Shown: positions 50,023 to 64,000 of the stretch, piece by piece
Numbering within the stretch: position 1 is the first letter of the stretch
Layout: every line of letters begins with the position of its first letter
DNA from: Geosiphon pyriformis uo1
Lineage: Eukaryota > Fungi > Glomeromycota
DNA length: 64,000 bases
Reading direction: 5' to 3'
Assembly: GCA_016748015.1 (NCBI GenBank)
Contig: JAAOMT010000697.1
Span: 1,073,152 to 1,137,151 of the forward strand
The notes under the pieces: model-generated
Seen by the model: only the letters and a program-made list of their open reading frames with translations
What the model was told of the DNA's origin: nothing
The model's database searches: none
Position numbers and translations under genes: made by a program

Positions 50023-53000
50023 AGTGTTGCTTATATATTAAATAAAATCAAAATATTTTTGAGTAATTGAAGCTGCTTTTTATTTTATTTTATCTAAAGT
50101 AAAGTTTTTTGCTTTCAAGTACTTATGACTACTGCACATCTAAAGAAAAAAATTAGTTGTGTTTTAAATATTAATTTTGAAGAAATTAATAAACTATGTC
50201 ATTAATCTTTTCATACTTTTATAAATAATGGTTTCAAATTTCAATGATGTGATATTGATCTGACCATATACTTTGGTTTTTAGATTATTTTCATGGATTC
50301 AATTAAAAGCAAATTATTATATGTATTATATTTGATAATATTTATTACAAATACATCAGATTTTTTGGCTTTTTTGTGATTTTTTCCAAACATTCATTGT
50401 ATTATTTGTAAGAACTTTTGTTACCAATTTATTATTTTTTATTCTTATTCTGAATCTTTTAAGAAAAAAACTTCTTTATTATTGCTTTTTTTATTCTTAT
50501 ATTTTTATTTTTTTGTTATCACTGCTGCTATTATTATTATTATTGTTGTTATTACTGCTGCTATCATTAGTTTAATCAACTTTTAACAACTTTTAACAAC
50601 TTTTGATTAAAATTTTATGAGGAAAAAATTAATAAATTGACTGTTCAGATTTTAACAATATAATATATATGTATATATTCATATATTTTTTACAATAAAG
50701 TTGGTAAAAATAAAAGACTTCTTATAATTATTACTATATTTTCTCTGTACTATACAAAATAATCAACAAGTTAATCTTTATTTAAAATATAAAAAATCGT
50801 GTAATTATCTCTTTTTCAACATAAATATTATTTTAAAAATCTCTAACAACAACAGAATTAATATAAAAGTCAAATTAAGCAAGTAAAACTTGGGCTTTGG
50901 TTTTTTTGGCAGTTTGTTTATTTTTTCCAAAAACCATAACTTTTAAGGCTTCAAATAAAGCTTGCTTTGTTCATTGTTTTTGATAAGAAGAGAATTTTAA
51001 TTTTTTAAAAAATTTAATAGCAGTAAAATGCTCCAATATAGGTTTTTCGTTTATTTAACATATTTTTATAAAGTTGTTATAAAAAAAAAGTTTTAAAAAA
51101 AGAGATTATAACATTATAATGCATAAAATAAATGAAAAAAGCACAATTACATATTATGTTATTTTGATCATAAACTAATCTAAATATTCTAATTAATAAT
51201 TGAATAAATTATGATTGTTATGCTATATTGTTCAGTTTTTTTAAAATTAAAAACTAACTTTTAATATAAACTAAAAAAGTTTTTAATTAAATTATAAAGT
51301 TTATGATTTTTCAATTATGTATTTTATGTATTATATTAATGTATGTAAATTAAGTTTTTTGAAGAATTTACCAATTAAATTTGTCCAATTCACAATACTA
51401 ATATGTTTTTAAAAATTAAATAAAAGTTTTATTGTCATATATTTTATATTAAAAAGAAACTTGAATAATTAATAAAATTTGGTTAATATTATTCTTAAAA
51501 TCAAATTCAATTATTAGTTTAATTACTTTTATAAAAATTTTATTAGTAATTTAAAAGTCTTTCAAAGTTTTGGCTTGAATTTTCAAATAACAATACATCT
51601 TATTTACAGACTCTAAATTTAAATTCTCAATAAATATAATAAAATTATAATCTTCAAAAACAAAATTAATTAGGTATTTTAATAAAGTTTTATATAGTAT
51701 TATTAAAGATTTATTCAAATTTTTAGCATTATATTTTAGTTTTGTGAATTTTGAATTTGGTATGTTTTTATAAATTTGGTTATTTGTAAAGATTATTATA
51801 ATCCTAGTATTAATTAGCATTTTTCTACTAATATTTATAAAATTATGCCCAATATACATATTTGTTGTAAAAGTTATTTATTCTTTTTGGCTGAATATTT
51901 GAATAATAGAGATAATAAATTAGATATAATTTATAATTATAAAAAAGATTTAATGTTGGTTCAACATAAAAATTACTTAATATTAAAAATAAGCAATAGA
52001 AAAATTGATGCTTTAGAAAAAATTCTCAAAAAACAACAATAAAAATTTTTTGTCACATTTTAAAAGAAAATTATTTGCTTATAATATATTACTCAAAATA
52101 TTTGTAAATACGTATTTAAAATAATAAATGAAAACAAAGCACAAACTCGTTTGTTTTGTCAAAATAATTGTATATTGTTAAGCTGTTTAAAAATATTTTT
52201 TTTCTAATAATAAAGTTAGTGTAAAATTAGTTAGTTGTTTTATCATTGAAAATAAAATTTCTTTGTGTCAAAATTAATTAACTGTTTATAATACATTGTA
52301 AAAGTAATCGCTTATTATGACAGCATTATTATAAATAAAAAAAAACTCAAAATTTTTATATTTTACTTTTAATAATTGGTTTTTGTTCCTATTTTTTTTT
52401 CTTTGAATTCAAGTTTTTCAAACTTTAAGAAGGCCAATTTTTGAAAGGCCAATTTAATTCATTAGTTTTTAACAATAATTTAAATAATTAACAAGATCTG
52501 AGATTACTATTATTTGAATATTATACTAGATTGAAAATTTATGTTTTTACTTACTTGAAAAAATGTAATTTTTACAGTTAGCAATATTTTTTATGCGTAA
52601 AATTCTTTTTCTTTATCTTATAAAAATTAAACATAACAAAATTAGAACTTTGTTTAAATCTTAAATTACAATAGCATATTTGTAAAAAATATAATTATTT
52701 TTATATTTTACTTAGTCTTTTGCAAGTATTTTTTAAATGTTATATTTCGAAATAAAGCAACTTATATTGAATTTGAGCTTGTTTTTAAAATTTAAATGCT
52801 TTAATATTAATAATATATATAATAAATATAAAAAATATAAAATCTTAAAAATATTGTATAAAACCAAAATTTTTGCCCAATTTCTTTAGAATGTTTTAAA
52901 AAGTTGTAATAAATTATTGATAAAAGTTAGATAAAGATTTGTGTTTGAAATGTTATTTAAAGTTGCAGTCTTAATCTTAAAAAATAGTTATAAATTTTAA

Positions 53001-55279
53001 AAATTTATAGAAATTATTAAAAAATTTATGTTATAAGTAAAACATTTAAAAAAAACTTATAATAATTTTATTCAAAAATAGTGTATTTTGCAATTTAATA
53101 GTTTTAATTATAATAAAATATTTTAATTTTTTCCAAAAAAATTATTACAAAAATTATAGCAAATTGCTTAATAAAATCTTTTATAATATATTTATTAGTA
53201 ATAACTAATACATAAATGACTTAATAAGTTTTTAAAATACTTTTTAATTATTTTATTGATAATAAGATTTCTTTTTAAATTTTATTAATAAAAAAACATA
53301 TATTAAAAAATTCAATTACAAAAATTTTATAATTATAATTAAATAAAAAGCAGAAATATAAATATATATAAACTTATTACAAAAATAAATTAAAAACATA
53401 TTATTTATGTATTTAAATTAAATAAAATAACAGCAATAATAAAGAAAAAATAATTCAAATATAATTACAACATATATTAAAAGTCTAAGTAAAATATAAT
53501 AAATATTATTATATTTGTTTTTATTTATTTATTTAAATTACTTGATATATTATTTATAATTAATGTTATTTTTTTTAGAATTCAATTAAACTAAACTAAA
53601 TTAAACTTTAAAGTTTATAAACTTGGTTGAATTTAATAAAATTAAAAAAAAAATATATTTTGTATTATTTATTTATTAATTATTACTTTGTTTAATTATT
53701 ATAATCAATTAAAAAAATATATATAAAATTATATATATATAATAACTTTATTCTTCAACTTACCAAAATAAATTTATTGTATGTTATTAAAAATTTAAAA
53801 TTTAAAATAATAAAATTTAATAATTCAAATAGTTCAAATATTAATATTTTTGATAAACATAATTTTCAAAATAAGATATAAAACTATTTTAATAAATTTA
53901 AGTAAACAAAAAAAACAGTTAAATATACAAACTTAAAATATATATGTAAATTATTTTTTTGTAAAACTATAAACACTATTAAATTTTTATAGTATTATTT
54001 AAAAGCTTTTTATAAAATAATATATGTTACAATAAAAAAATATCATAAAAAAAAGCAAATTATTAAAAATATTTGGACAAGTAAAATTGCTATTTTTTTG
54101 TTCTTAAAAATATTTTAATACAATTTTTGATTTTTGTTATTAATTTAATAATAAAAAATATATTGAAAAAAATTATAAGCTTTGATTAATCTTATAAAAC
54201 ATAGATAAAACTTATAATTTAATTAACTAATATTATTTGTTAACAAGTTTAATTAAAATTAAAATATGTAAAAAATTAATAATAAACTTTAATTCAATAA
54301 ACAATTAAATTTAACATAATAGTTTGAATTAAAGCAAGATTTTTTTACTACTTTTGTGATAAGTTTTCTATAACTTTTTTTATATAAGATTAAAAGACAT
54401 AAATAATTATGCAAATATAAAATAAATTCTAAATTTGTTATTAAGTTTAACAGAATTAAAGCACAAATTAGTTTAATATTATACTTAACTACTAGATTAT
54501 TTATAAATAATATAATTTAAATTGGTAATAATTAAACTACTACTTAATGTATTTTAGATATTATTAATGTATTTTTAAGATTAATAATATTTTAATTAAC
54601 AAAATAAAACAGTAGTTATTTCTATTAATTAAAAGATTTAAATTGCTTTTATTATATATTAATAAGTCTCTAATCTTAATTGCAAAAAATAAATCTTATA
54701 GATATTTCGATATTTTTTTGTCTATTAATAAATTTTTCAAATTTAATTTAGTTAAAATACATATAGATATTAAATTTTTCGAATATTGTATTAAAAAATA
54801 TTTATAATAAGCAATTTTATTATTTAATATTAGTAATATTATATTATATTATTAATTACAGATCTTAATTCAATCATATTTTTAAATATATATGTAATAA
54901 TAGAATATATTCATAAAAAAAACAATTAAAATCTAAGATGTTTTTGTTTAAAAGTTTTTTTTACTAAGTCTTTTTACCACCTATTTTTTTATAATTTAAA
55001 GTTTTTTACATAGATATAAGTTAAAAAAATTCGTTTTTTTTGGTTTTTTTTCAAATATTATCTTAAGTTGTTTTTTTAATTATAAATCTTTAGATTTTCA
55101 AGTTTATCTTATTTATTAATATATTTTGTTAAATTAAATATTAATCTTAAAAATAATTTTTAGTTAATATTATGCATATTTTTTAAAATTTAAATTTGTT
55201 TTTTACAAATTTTTTATTAAATGCTTTTTAATTTATTTCTAGTATTTTAATATTAATTATTTTAGATACTTTTATATTT

Positions 55280-57410
55280 TATAATATATTTTTTGATAAA
55301 AATTGCTATAGTTTTTGTAAAATACTTATTGAATTTATATATTTTTAGATTTTAAAAAAAAAATTTTATTATAAAAATAACTAGACAAAATATTTCAAAA
55401 CTATTTTTTTTAAGTATTAATAATAAAAAACTGTTTTTAAAGGCTTTTAAAGCATTTTTTTATTTTTATTAGTAGTTTTTTTAGTTAAAGTTCTTTTAAA
55501 AAAACATATTAAGATTAATTTTAGTATTGTTTCTATTTTTTTAAAAATTCCAAAGTTTTTAATAATAAATTAATTAACAAATTGGTTTTATTATTATTAT
55601 TATTATTATTACTATTAATATATTAAACTTTTTTATAATTTTAAATTCAAATTTTAAATAAAATTTTATTAGTAGTAATTGGCTTTTTTTTAATATAAAT
55701 AATAACAATAATAACATATTTTTTGAAATAAACCAAAATTAATTACTAATTATATTACTAAATATAATGTTTTTTGGCAAATTATTATAAAATAAAATAT
55801 ATTTTTAAATGTGTTTTTAATTAATTAGTCTATTAGCTTATTTAATTTTAAAAATTAAATTGACTAAATAAAAACTAAATTAATTTTTTTTTGTTTTTTG
55901 GTGTTGTTTCTAATAATACTTGAAAAACAATTTTTATTTATTAAAAATTTTTAAGTAATTTTTACTTTAATATCTGGTATTCTGTTTAATATTAAATTAG
56001 CTCTTATTAAGTTTTTGTTTAATTTGCTATTTGGTTTTGTTGAATTTAAATTAGTTTTAAAAAACAATATTAGATTCTTTTATATAAATTTTGTTTTTAA
56101 ACCTTTTTTAGTTATTGTTATTAAAATTTTTATTAAGAGTTTTTTTAATTATACTTAAGATTATTAAATTTTTTGTAGTAATTTTTGTTTTTTTTTTACT
56201 TGTATTGTTTTTTATAATATTTTTTTTAACATATTTGTTAATGATATTAAAAATGCTTTTAGTGTTTTTAATATTATTATTTTAATTAAGTTAAAGTTTG
56301 TTAATTTATAATATATACTATTATTTATTTTAAAAATTTTTTTTTGCTGTTGCTGCTTTTATTAACTAGTTTATACTAATTAAAAAAACAATATTTGAAT
56401 TTTTTTTCTGTTTATTTAAAAAAAAATTAATACTTTAAAAAACACTTTCAAGACCAAATTAATGATTTTTTTTGGTTATACTGCTTTTAAAATTAGTAAT
56501 TTGATTTTTTAAATTGGTAATTATATGTGTTTTTTTTTGGTTTTTTTAACTTTTATTATTGTTAATGTTTTGTTATTGTAATTTTTAAAATTTTAGAAAT
56601 TTTGAATTCAATTGTTTAAAACTGGTATTTTGTACAAGTATTATATTTAAATATTAATATTGTTATAAGTATCAGAGTTTAAATTATTTATTTTTAAATT
56701 ACAAAGTATATTTACTTTTTCTTTTTAAATTTTTTTTTAAGTTTGTTGATACTTTAAAACTTTTAATTCATTTTTTGTTAATACAATATTATATGTTAAT
56801 ATTTTTACTTTTTTGGTTGCTTTTGTTATTTGTTCTGTATTTAATTTTTAACTGGTTTTTTTGAAATCTTAAGTTTTTAATTTGACTGTTTTAATTAAGT
56901 TTGTTGTTAACTAATTAGTTTTTTAGTTATTTTGGTTATTATTTTGTTAAATACTTCTTCTGTTTTGCATAAAAAGCTTAAAAATATAATTGTTATCCAA
57001 AATAAGATGTCTACTTTTGATAAATTATTAAATAAAGTTAGCAAAAAATTAGTTAAGATTAAAACTAAAGTTGGTATTGAAATTGAATATATAGATAATT
57101 ATAGTTTTAATAATACTTTTGATAAAAATACTTATACTTGATAATTTTTTGGAAGCTACAATCAGTTAATATTAAGTCAAATATGAATAAAACTGCTAAA
57201 TAGATGAGTAATAATATTATTAATAGTAGTATATTGGTTGCAGTTATGCAAAAAATAACTTGTCAAGATAGGTTTTCTTTCATAGACTTAATATAAATTA
57301 GTTTAGATTGGGCTCATGTTTGGTTACATGTGAACTATGTTTAGTTTTTGTCACTTAGTTTGACTCTTTGTATTAGATAGTAGTTGGGCTACACATTAAA
57401 TAAAAAAAAA
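55280..57410 (+). mobile_element. Hypermutated ORF1-like retroelement, copy C
   Basis: Colinear with copies A and B; degenerate knuckle C-YK-Y-QSLN-Y-LFLN-Y at about 56662; 3' motif tggttacatgtg followed by poly(A). Confidence 0.72.
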
Positions 57411-57626
57411 TTATTCTACAATATTTTATTTATAATATATTAAAGTCTAATTTATTATAATAAAAAACGATTTTTATTTAATGTTAAAATATAGAACTAA
57501 CAAATATACTTTAATAAATACATTAAGAAATTATACTGATAAATCAAAAATCTGAAACATCATTAACACAAACCAAACATTTATTAGGCCATATCTTCCC
57601 AAACCATAACAAACACACCAAACAGC

Positions 57627-59915
57627 ATGACGAGCATTGAAGATATTAAACATGAATTAGAATACGTAAAGACCCAGTATAGGAGATGCATAGAGAAGTT
57701 GGAGGAGTTTAAGGAAGGTAAGGAGAGAAATAAGTTAAGTGAATTAAAGAAGAAGTTGAGAGGAAAAAAGTGAACAAACACTAATGAAAAAGAGGCATGG
57801 ATAGAAGAAAAAGAAGATCTGGAAAAGCAAAAAGAAAAGCTGGAGATAGAGAAGAACAAGTAGATAGAGAAGATACAAAAATGGGGAGAAAAATTATGTA
57901 CAACAACAGATGATACAGATAACGATTTTGTAATATGGTTTTTTTTTATTATGAGTTTGTTGCTTAGGTGTTGGGGTGGTAGAGTAGTACGTACTAAGTA
58001 GAGTAGTCAGCATACATAGAGTAGAGTTTATGACAACTAACGATGTTTCTTTTTTTTGCTATTTGTGTCTTATTCTTTTCTCTTTTGCATAATGCACTTT
58101 TTGAACGACTGCGTTCACATATCTCCAACCTGTACTGCTTTTTCCTTCCATTCAATATATGTTTTTTGGTTCATGTTTGTGCATCTCTGTTATTGATTGA
58201 TAGCTGATTAACAAGTGTTTATTTCTCTTTTTCATCTCTTATTTTCTGTTTATGGGAATGTTTTCAATGTTGAATAACTTGTGAACTTATTGCTCTCCTC
58301 TGTATTCATGTATGCCTGTTTCATTCCATCAACTGAGTCTATGCTTCAGGTATGTCATTTTCTTCTTTTTACCTTTGTAGGATAAAGTAATAGTGTTTTC
58401 TGATATTATGATCAATGATTCTTTTTAGACATTCTTGTGTCAATGCTCTAATTCCATTTTATTTTAAACTTTGCATCCTATCTATACTGCTTTTCTCGCT
58501 GTCATTTTTTTAACTTGTGCCTTATTATCATCATTTCATTCCCAAGAATCTAAAGACACAGTTGCCTACCTGCAATCAGTGATATTACAACTTGAGACAG
58601 GCAAATCAAAAAATTCTTCCTCTGTGTACAGATATATAATACAAAATGACTGGATAAAAATGTGAAGGATGAAGAATGAGATACAGACACTATCACAAAT
58701 TGGTGCCCGAACATTTGAAAAATTATCTTCTATTAACAGATTAGATGAAGTAAAAGAACACCAGCCATTTTGCAAAAATGTTGTGGATGAAACAGTACAA
58801 TGTTTGGGGTTGAAAAATTTACTTGTACTTGGAGATAACAGTAATAGAAAAGAAGATAAAATTTATGCTGATATCATAATTGGTTTAAATCAATACTATA
58901 GTCAATTGACAAATAATCCACCTGATTTATCAAAGAGATTAGGTTGGAAAGTCAAAAATGATATAACCAATCAGACAAAAGCAAGAATAGGGAAAGGACA
59001 GGTAGTAAAGTATACCAGTATATACCTTACAGCAAATGATCCTTTAACACCAGTCTTCTATGGATGTTTAACTGACAGAAACCATTGGCAATTTATGAAA
59101 GTCACCATAAATGAAGCCTGAAACAAATTGGCAATGGAAGAAAGTAAACAGCATATATGGAATATTCAAACGGCTTCACTTATCGCTGGCTTAATCAATC
59201 ATTATTATAATGAATACTTGTTAAAAGCATCTAGCAAAAAAAAAGATTCTCCAAATAATGATAAGGCTTATATGTCTCTTAAGTTATCATTAACTCCTGA
59301 AAGTCTCATGGCTTCTTTCATCAAAAAAGCTTTTCTTATTAAATTAGACTCTGGAAATGATATTCATGTACAAATTATATCTCACTTCGGAACTAGAAAA
59401 GAGAATCTAGTATTTTTGGTACAACTACAGGATTATGGAATAAAGGAGACTGTTCTGAAGATAATTAATTCCCATATCTGTATATTAAACTTATCATATT
59501 AATCAACTAATTTTTTTTAATTGAAGATTGAGGTCCACAAAAACTCTGAATTTTCTCAAATCTATCAAGAAATATCAGCATTGCATGCACTAAGCAATTT
59601 TTTTGTGTTCCCAAAATTCTCTTTGAAGGCCATACAATGGGAAAATTCTAGACAATAATAACAAACTTTGTGGAACAACCTCTGAAATCTTGAATATCCG
59701 ATAATGGTGATATAAATGATTACACACTTTTTCAAATCATTCTGGACTTATGGTTGTGTCTAAAACAGATTCACTCCAATTGTTATGCACATGGAGATAT
59801 TGCTATCTGGAATATTATACAAAGAAATGAACATTTCTATTTTATTGATTTTGGCTTGGCAAATATGCTGCAACTTCAATTCAATTCATGTCAAGCAATT
59901 ATTCAACATTGAAAT
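57627..59915 (+). pseudogene. Crinkler-like pseudogene: coiled coil, restriction-endonuclease-like domain, kinase
   Basis: MTSIEDIKHELEYVK coiled coil with in-frame stops; YADII..WKVK..GQVVKY..YGCLTD..WQFMK; kinase motifs HGDIAIWNII and FIDFGLA at about 59790-59862; several TGA/TAG stops. Confidence 0.7.
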
Positions 59916-60349
59916 GTGTCAAATTATTGCAATTATCAAGTTTGAAAGGAAAATGTCATTGTTAGAGTTAATAGATAAATTGGAGGGAGGGCTGAAACAA
60001 TTTGTTGCAACTGTTGAGGATGCAAGTAGATGGAAAATAACTGATGAAGAGAAATGGTTAGAAAAGTTTGGTGCTAAAGTTCAACAATTTCATAAAGAAG
60101 ATTATTACTTGCCTGAAGATATAACAAAAAACATTATATTTCAAAAACATAATATATAATAGGGCTAAGGCCAATTTACTTTAATCATTTAATAATAAAC
60201 AGATTTAAATATTAATTTTTTGCTTGTAAACTATTTTTTGCATAATATAATATAAGTAAAATTTAGTTAACAATTAAAAATATTCAAGATTAACAATAAT
60301 TAAAATACATGAATGCAATATTTTTTATAATAACAAAAACAGTATATTC

Positions 60350-61150
60350 TTTTTTTTTATGTTTTAATAAAATATAGTTTAATACAATATTATATTAAAA
60401 TATTTTAAATTAAACATAATTTATACTTTATTTACATATAATTAACCAGCCAAGCTAGTTAAAACTAAACTATATTAAATTTAAAAAACAAAATTTACTT
60501 AATATAATTATTTTTTATATAATTAATAACCAAATCAACTAATTATATAACTGTTTTATTTGTATTTAACATGATAGTAAGAACTTAAAGTTTTTAAAAT
60601 ATCATGATTTTAACAAAATATTTCTTATTAACAAGAAAATTTGAATTATTATTAAAAATATTATAATTTACTTTAAAATAATAATTTTTTTATTTTATTT
60701 TAATTAACAAAGCCAACTTAGCCAATATAACTTCAAAAAAGTTAACTTTAACCTAATTATAAAATTAATAAAAATAATAAAAAAACTAAAAAAAGAACAA
60801 TTTTTATATAAAACTTTTATTAGCAAAATAAATTATAAAAATCTTAAAATTAATCACGAAATTTAATAAAAACTTAAAAAAAAATAAGATATTTTATAAT
60901 TTACAAACAAATAATTTAAATTTTAATATTTAAAATAGCATTAATAATTAAAGATTTTTATAAATATAATTTTTTTTAAGATATTAGTTTTAATAATAGT
61001 ATTATCTAATTTAGATTAAAAGCCAAAAGTAATAATAACATATTTTAACTAATAAATAAAATAAATATAATTATATATTTAAAAAACAACACAATTAGAT
61101 AAATAATTTACCAATTTGGCTTTAAATATTATTTTAAAATAAAAAAAATC
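60350..61150 (-). mobile_element. 3' half of an ORF1-like element, copy E
   Basis: Minus strand ttaactttttgaagttatattggctaagttggctttg and ttaactagcttggctggttaattatatgta, then poly(A), matching the 3' half of copies A-C. Confidence 0.55.
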
Positions 61151-61902
61151 TGAATACTGTTTTTTTTATTAATAATAATTTTTTTTATAATATTTAACAA
61201 ATAAGATTCAATTTTTATTTAATACAATATAGTAAATTAAACATAATTTATGCTTTTGCTATATATAATTAATTATTTACGCCAATTAAATCTATACTAT
61301 ATATCTATTTTAATTAAAATTTTATTATCATAACTTGAAAAAAATAAGTTGTATATATATAAGCTATTATATTATTAAAAATATAATATTTTCATGTAAA
61401 AAATTACAACATATATTATAAAACTTAGTATTAAAATTATGTAAAAAACTATATTATCAAAATTAATTAAATAAATATCAACTGATAATAAAGAAGTAAA
61501 AAACTAATAATCAATTTAAGTATAATTAAATAATAATATAGTCTAATTAAAAATTTAAATTAAATATAATTTTTTTTTGCAAATTAAAAAACTTATAAAA
61601 ATAAAAAAATAACATATATAATTTAATAAAAACAGATTTTATTATGTTTCTAATTATATTAAGCTACTTAAATTATTAACTTAAAATAATAATATATTAA
61701 ACTAAATTAATTAATTTAATATATAATAATTAATATAATTAAAACAATATTAATATAATATATAGATTTTATATAATTTAATTATATATATAGTCTTTTT
61801 GTAAATATTAATTTTATATTAAACCAATTTTTTATTATAAATTTATTGTAAATAATAAGTTATTTTTTTTTTCTTCTTTTTTTTAAATCTTTTTTTTATT
61901 TA

Positions 61903-62184
61903 NNNNNNNNNNNNNNNNNNNNNNNNNNNNNNNNNNNNNNNNNNNNNNNNNNNNNNNNNNNNNNNNNNNNNNNNNNNNNNNNNNNNNNNNNNNNNNNNNN
62001 NNNNNNNNNNNNNNNNNNNNNNNNNNNNNNNNNNNNNNNNNNNNNNNNNNNNNNNNNNNNNNNNNNNNNNNNNNNNNNNNNNNNNNNNNNNNNNNNNNNN
62101 NNNNNNNNNNNNNNNNNNNNNNNNNNNNNNNNNNNNNNNNNNNNNNNNNNNNNNNNNNNNNNNNNNNNNNNNNNNNNNNNNNNN
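61903..62184. other. Assembly gap (282 N)
   Basis: Run of N. Confidence 1.
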
Positions 62185-62189
62185 AACCA

Positions 62190-62922
62190 ATTTTAATACT
62201 TAAAATATAAAATATGTTGTATAATAATTGTTAATATTATTTTAGATATTAAAATTCAAATTAATTGGCTATAAGTTACACAATATTTTTATTTTTTCTT
62301 TAAAGTCTTAATATTAACAAAATAAAATTCAAAAATTTTAAAAACAATTACAGACTCAGATAAAATTTTATAAAACTTTTATTTTATTAATTTTTTTATT
62401 ATTATTGTTTTTTGGTCATTTTTGTTGTTACTTTTGAAATCTAAATTGATAGTATTGATTTTACTTATTAAATTTATTGTTAAGTTTATTGGTATTTTAA
62501 TTGTTTTAATAACTAAATTATTTGATATTTTTTCTATTTTGTAAAAAAAATTAATATTTTTGAAAATAAAATAAATAAATTGTATATAAAAATTAATAAG
62601 CTAAAAACCAAGTATAATATTAAAAATAATATAAATATGAATATTTTTGGTAATATTGTTAATCAGAAAATATTTATTAATATAATAATTTTTTGAAAGT
62701 TTTAAGTTCTTAATATAAAGTTTAATATAAATAATACTGCCAATTATAAAAGTAAAATAGTCAAAAATAATTGTACTTTGGTTGTTTTATATATAAAATG
62801 TTTTTAGATTAGGTTTTTTTTAAAATCAATAGATTTATGTTTGGTTATATATAGAAATACCAAAATTATATTATATTAGATAATTATTAAATTTTACATA
62901 TTAAATAAATAATAATAATAAA
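62190..62922 (+). mobile_element. 3' half of an ORF1-like element, copy D
   Basis: tttgaaatctaaattgat..ttattaaatttattgttaagtttattggt matches 13010-13070; ends with tttggttatatatag and a (TAA)n tail like copy C. Confidence 0.55.
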
Positions 62923-64000
62923 TTAATTTAAGTTTAAGTTAAATATTATTATTTAAATAAAAAACAACATAAATAAAAAAGGTATTAATTAGTCAATTAG
63001 ATATTTATATTATAAATAATATAATAAAAAAATTAAAAAATACAAGAAAAATATTAAAAATACCAAAAATAAATAAAAAATAAAAATAGTAAGATATTCT
63101 ATATTTTAAAAATAGATAAATAGATAAATAGTAATAAAACATTGAAAAAAACGTTTAATAATTAAATAATTAAAGACTTAAAAACTTTTTTTATTTTTAA
63201 GTCAATACATATTTATTCTAAATAAATTAATTATCTAAGTTTATAAATTCAAGTCATTTTTGTTGAAATTTGACATTTTAAAATATTGTTAATTAATAAC
63301 AAATACCAAAATATAACAATAATTTATTATTTTGAATTGATAATTTTTAATTATGGCTATGTTATTTTTTTTGTTTTGTTGTTAAATTAACTTATTAAAA
63401 TAAATAGTGTTAAAATTATAATAGTAAAAATAATTTGATAAAAGATACATATTAAAAGCATAAAATTAATATATTAAAATTCAATAACTACCAAAATAAA
63501 TCTGTTAGAAGAAGCAAAAAAATAATTATTAAAAGCAATATTATAATTTAATCTGTTTTTATACAAAAAACTACCAGAAAATCTTCAGATTTGCAAAATC
63601 TTTAAATATATTGTTCTATGTAATAATACCAAATTATAAAAGTTTACTTAAAAAATTAAGTTGTTATAATTTATTAATTGGTAAATTTTGTGAATTAAGT
63701 TTGTTTGATATTTTAGTTATTTAGGTTTTTGTTTTTATTAGAATTAAGTTTAAAAGTGAAACTCAAAAAACATTTATATAATAAATTATACATTTCAAAT
63801 ATAAGATTGTTGATAGTTTTAAAAATATTATATTTGTGGTGTTTAACTGATATGATAAGTTAATTTTCAATTAATTGACGATTAATCTATAACTGCTCAG
63901 AAAAAAAATTCCATAGATGTTTTTTTAGCACAAATTTTTTACAAACTATTATATACAAATTCACATTTAATAAATACATAAAAAGAGTCTTTAAGATAGC

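Noticed and set aside
53800-54400. Possible Gypsy-type relics in AT-rich tracts (also about 3300-6000 and 45500-46500)
   Set aside because: Too decayed to recover diagnostic motifs by eye.
59953-60159. Short ORF MSLLELIDKLEGG after the kinase relic
   Set aside because: Possibly another gene fragment, but unidentifiable and truncated.
61900-62190. ORF consisting of X residues
   Set aside because: Assembly gap.

Overview
Eukaryotic, intron-containing, very AT-rich fungal DNA. The gene-family content (Sel1-repeat tyrosine-kinase-like genes, a BTB relic, class-3 lipases, RNase H-bearing LINEs) points to Glomeromycota, possibly Geosiphon-like; this is inference. Small gene islands sit in large AT-rich tracts that are mostly hypermutated retroelement relics. 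Intact genes: 3' part of a group I (Gi-like) G-alpha; a compact island with an orphan gene, tRNA-Leu(AAG), CMC2 and HUB1; a second orphan; two tandem lipase-3 genes that both lack the catalytic serine; a roughly 1350-aa Sel1-repeat/Cys-rich/non-RD kinase gene; and a Sel1-only paralog. Pseudogenes: a kinase-only paralog of the same family, a BTB gene, and a Crinkler-like nuclease-kinase. Best candidates for something new: (1) a Sel1-kinase locus with near-identical 108-bp repeats varying mainly on one helix face, present as full, sensor-only and kinase-only copies next to two pseudo-lipases, resembling a diversifying non-self receptor system; (2) an ORF1-only (half-LINE) retroelement family sharing its 3' end with an RT/RNase H LINE; (3) pervasive C>T/G>A hypermutation, including outside CpG, that appears to spare the Sel1 arrays. 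All alignments were done by eye, and relic boundaries are approximate.
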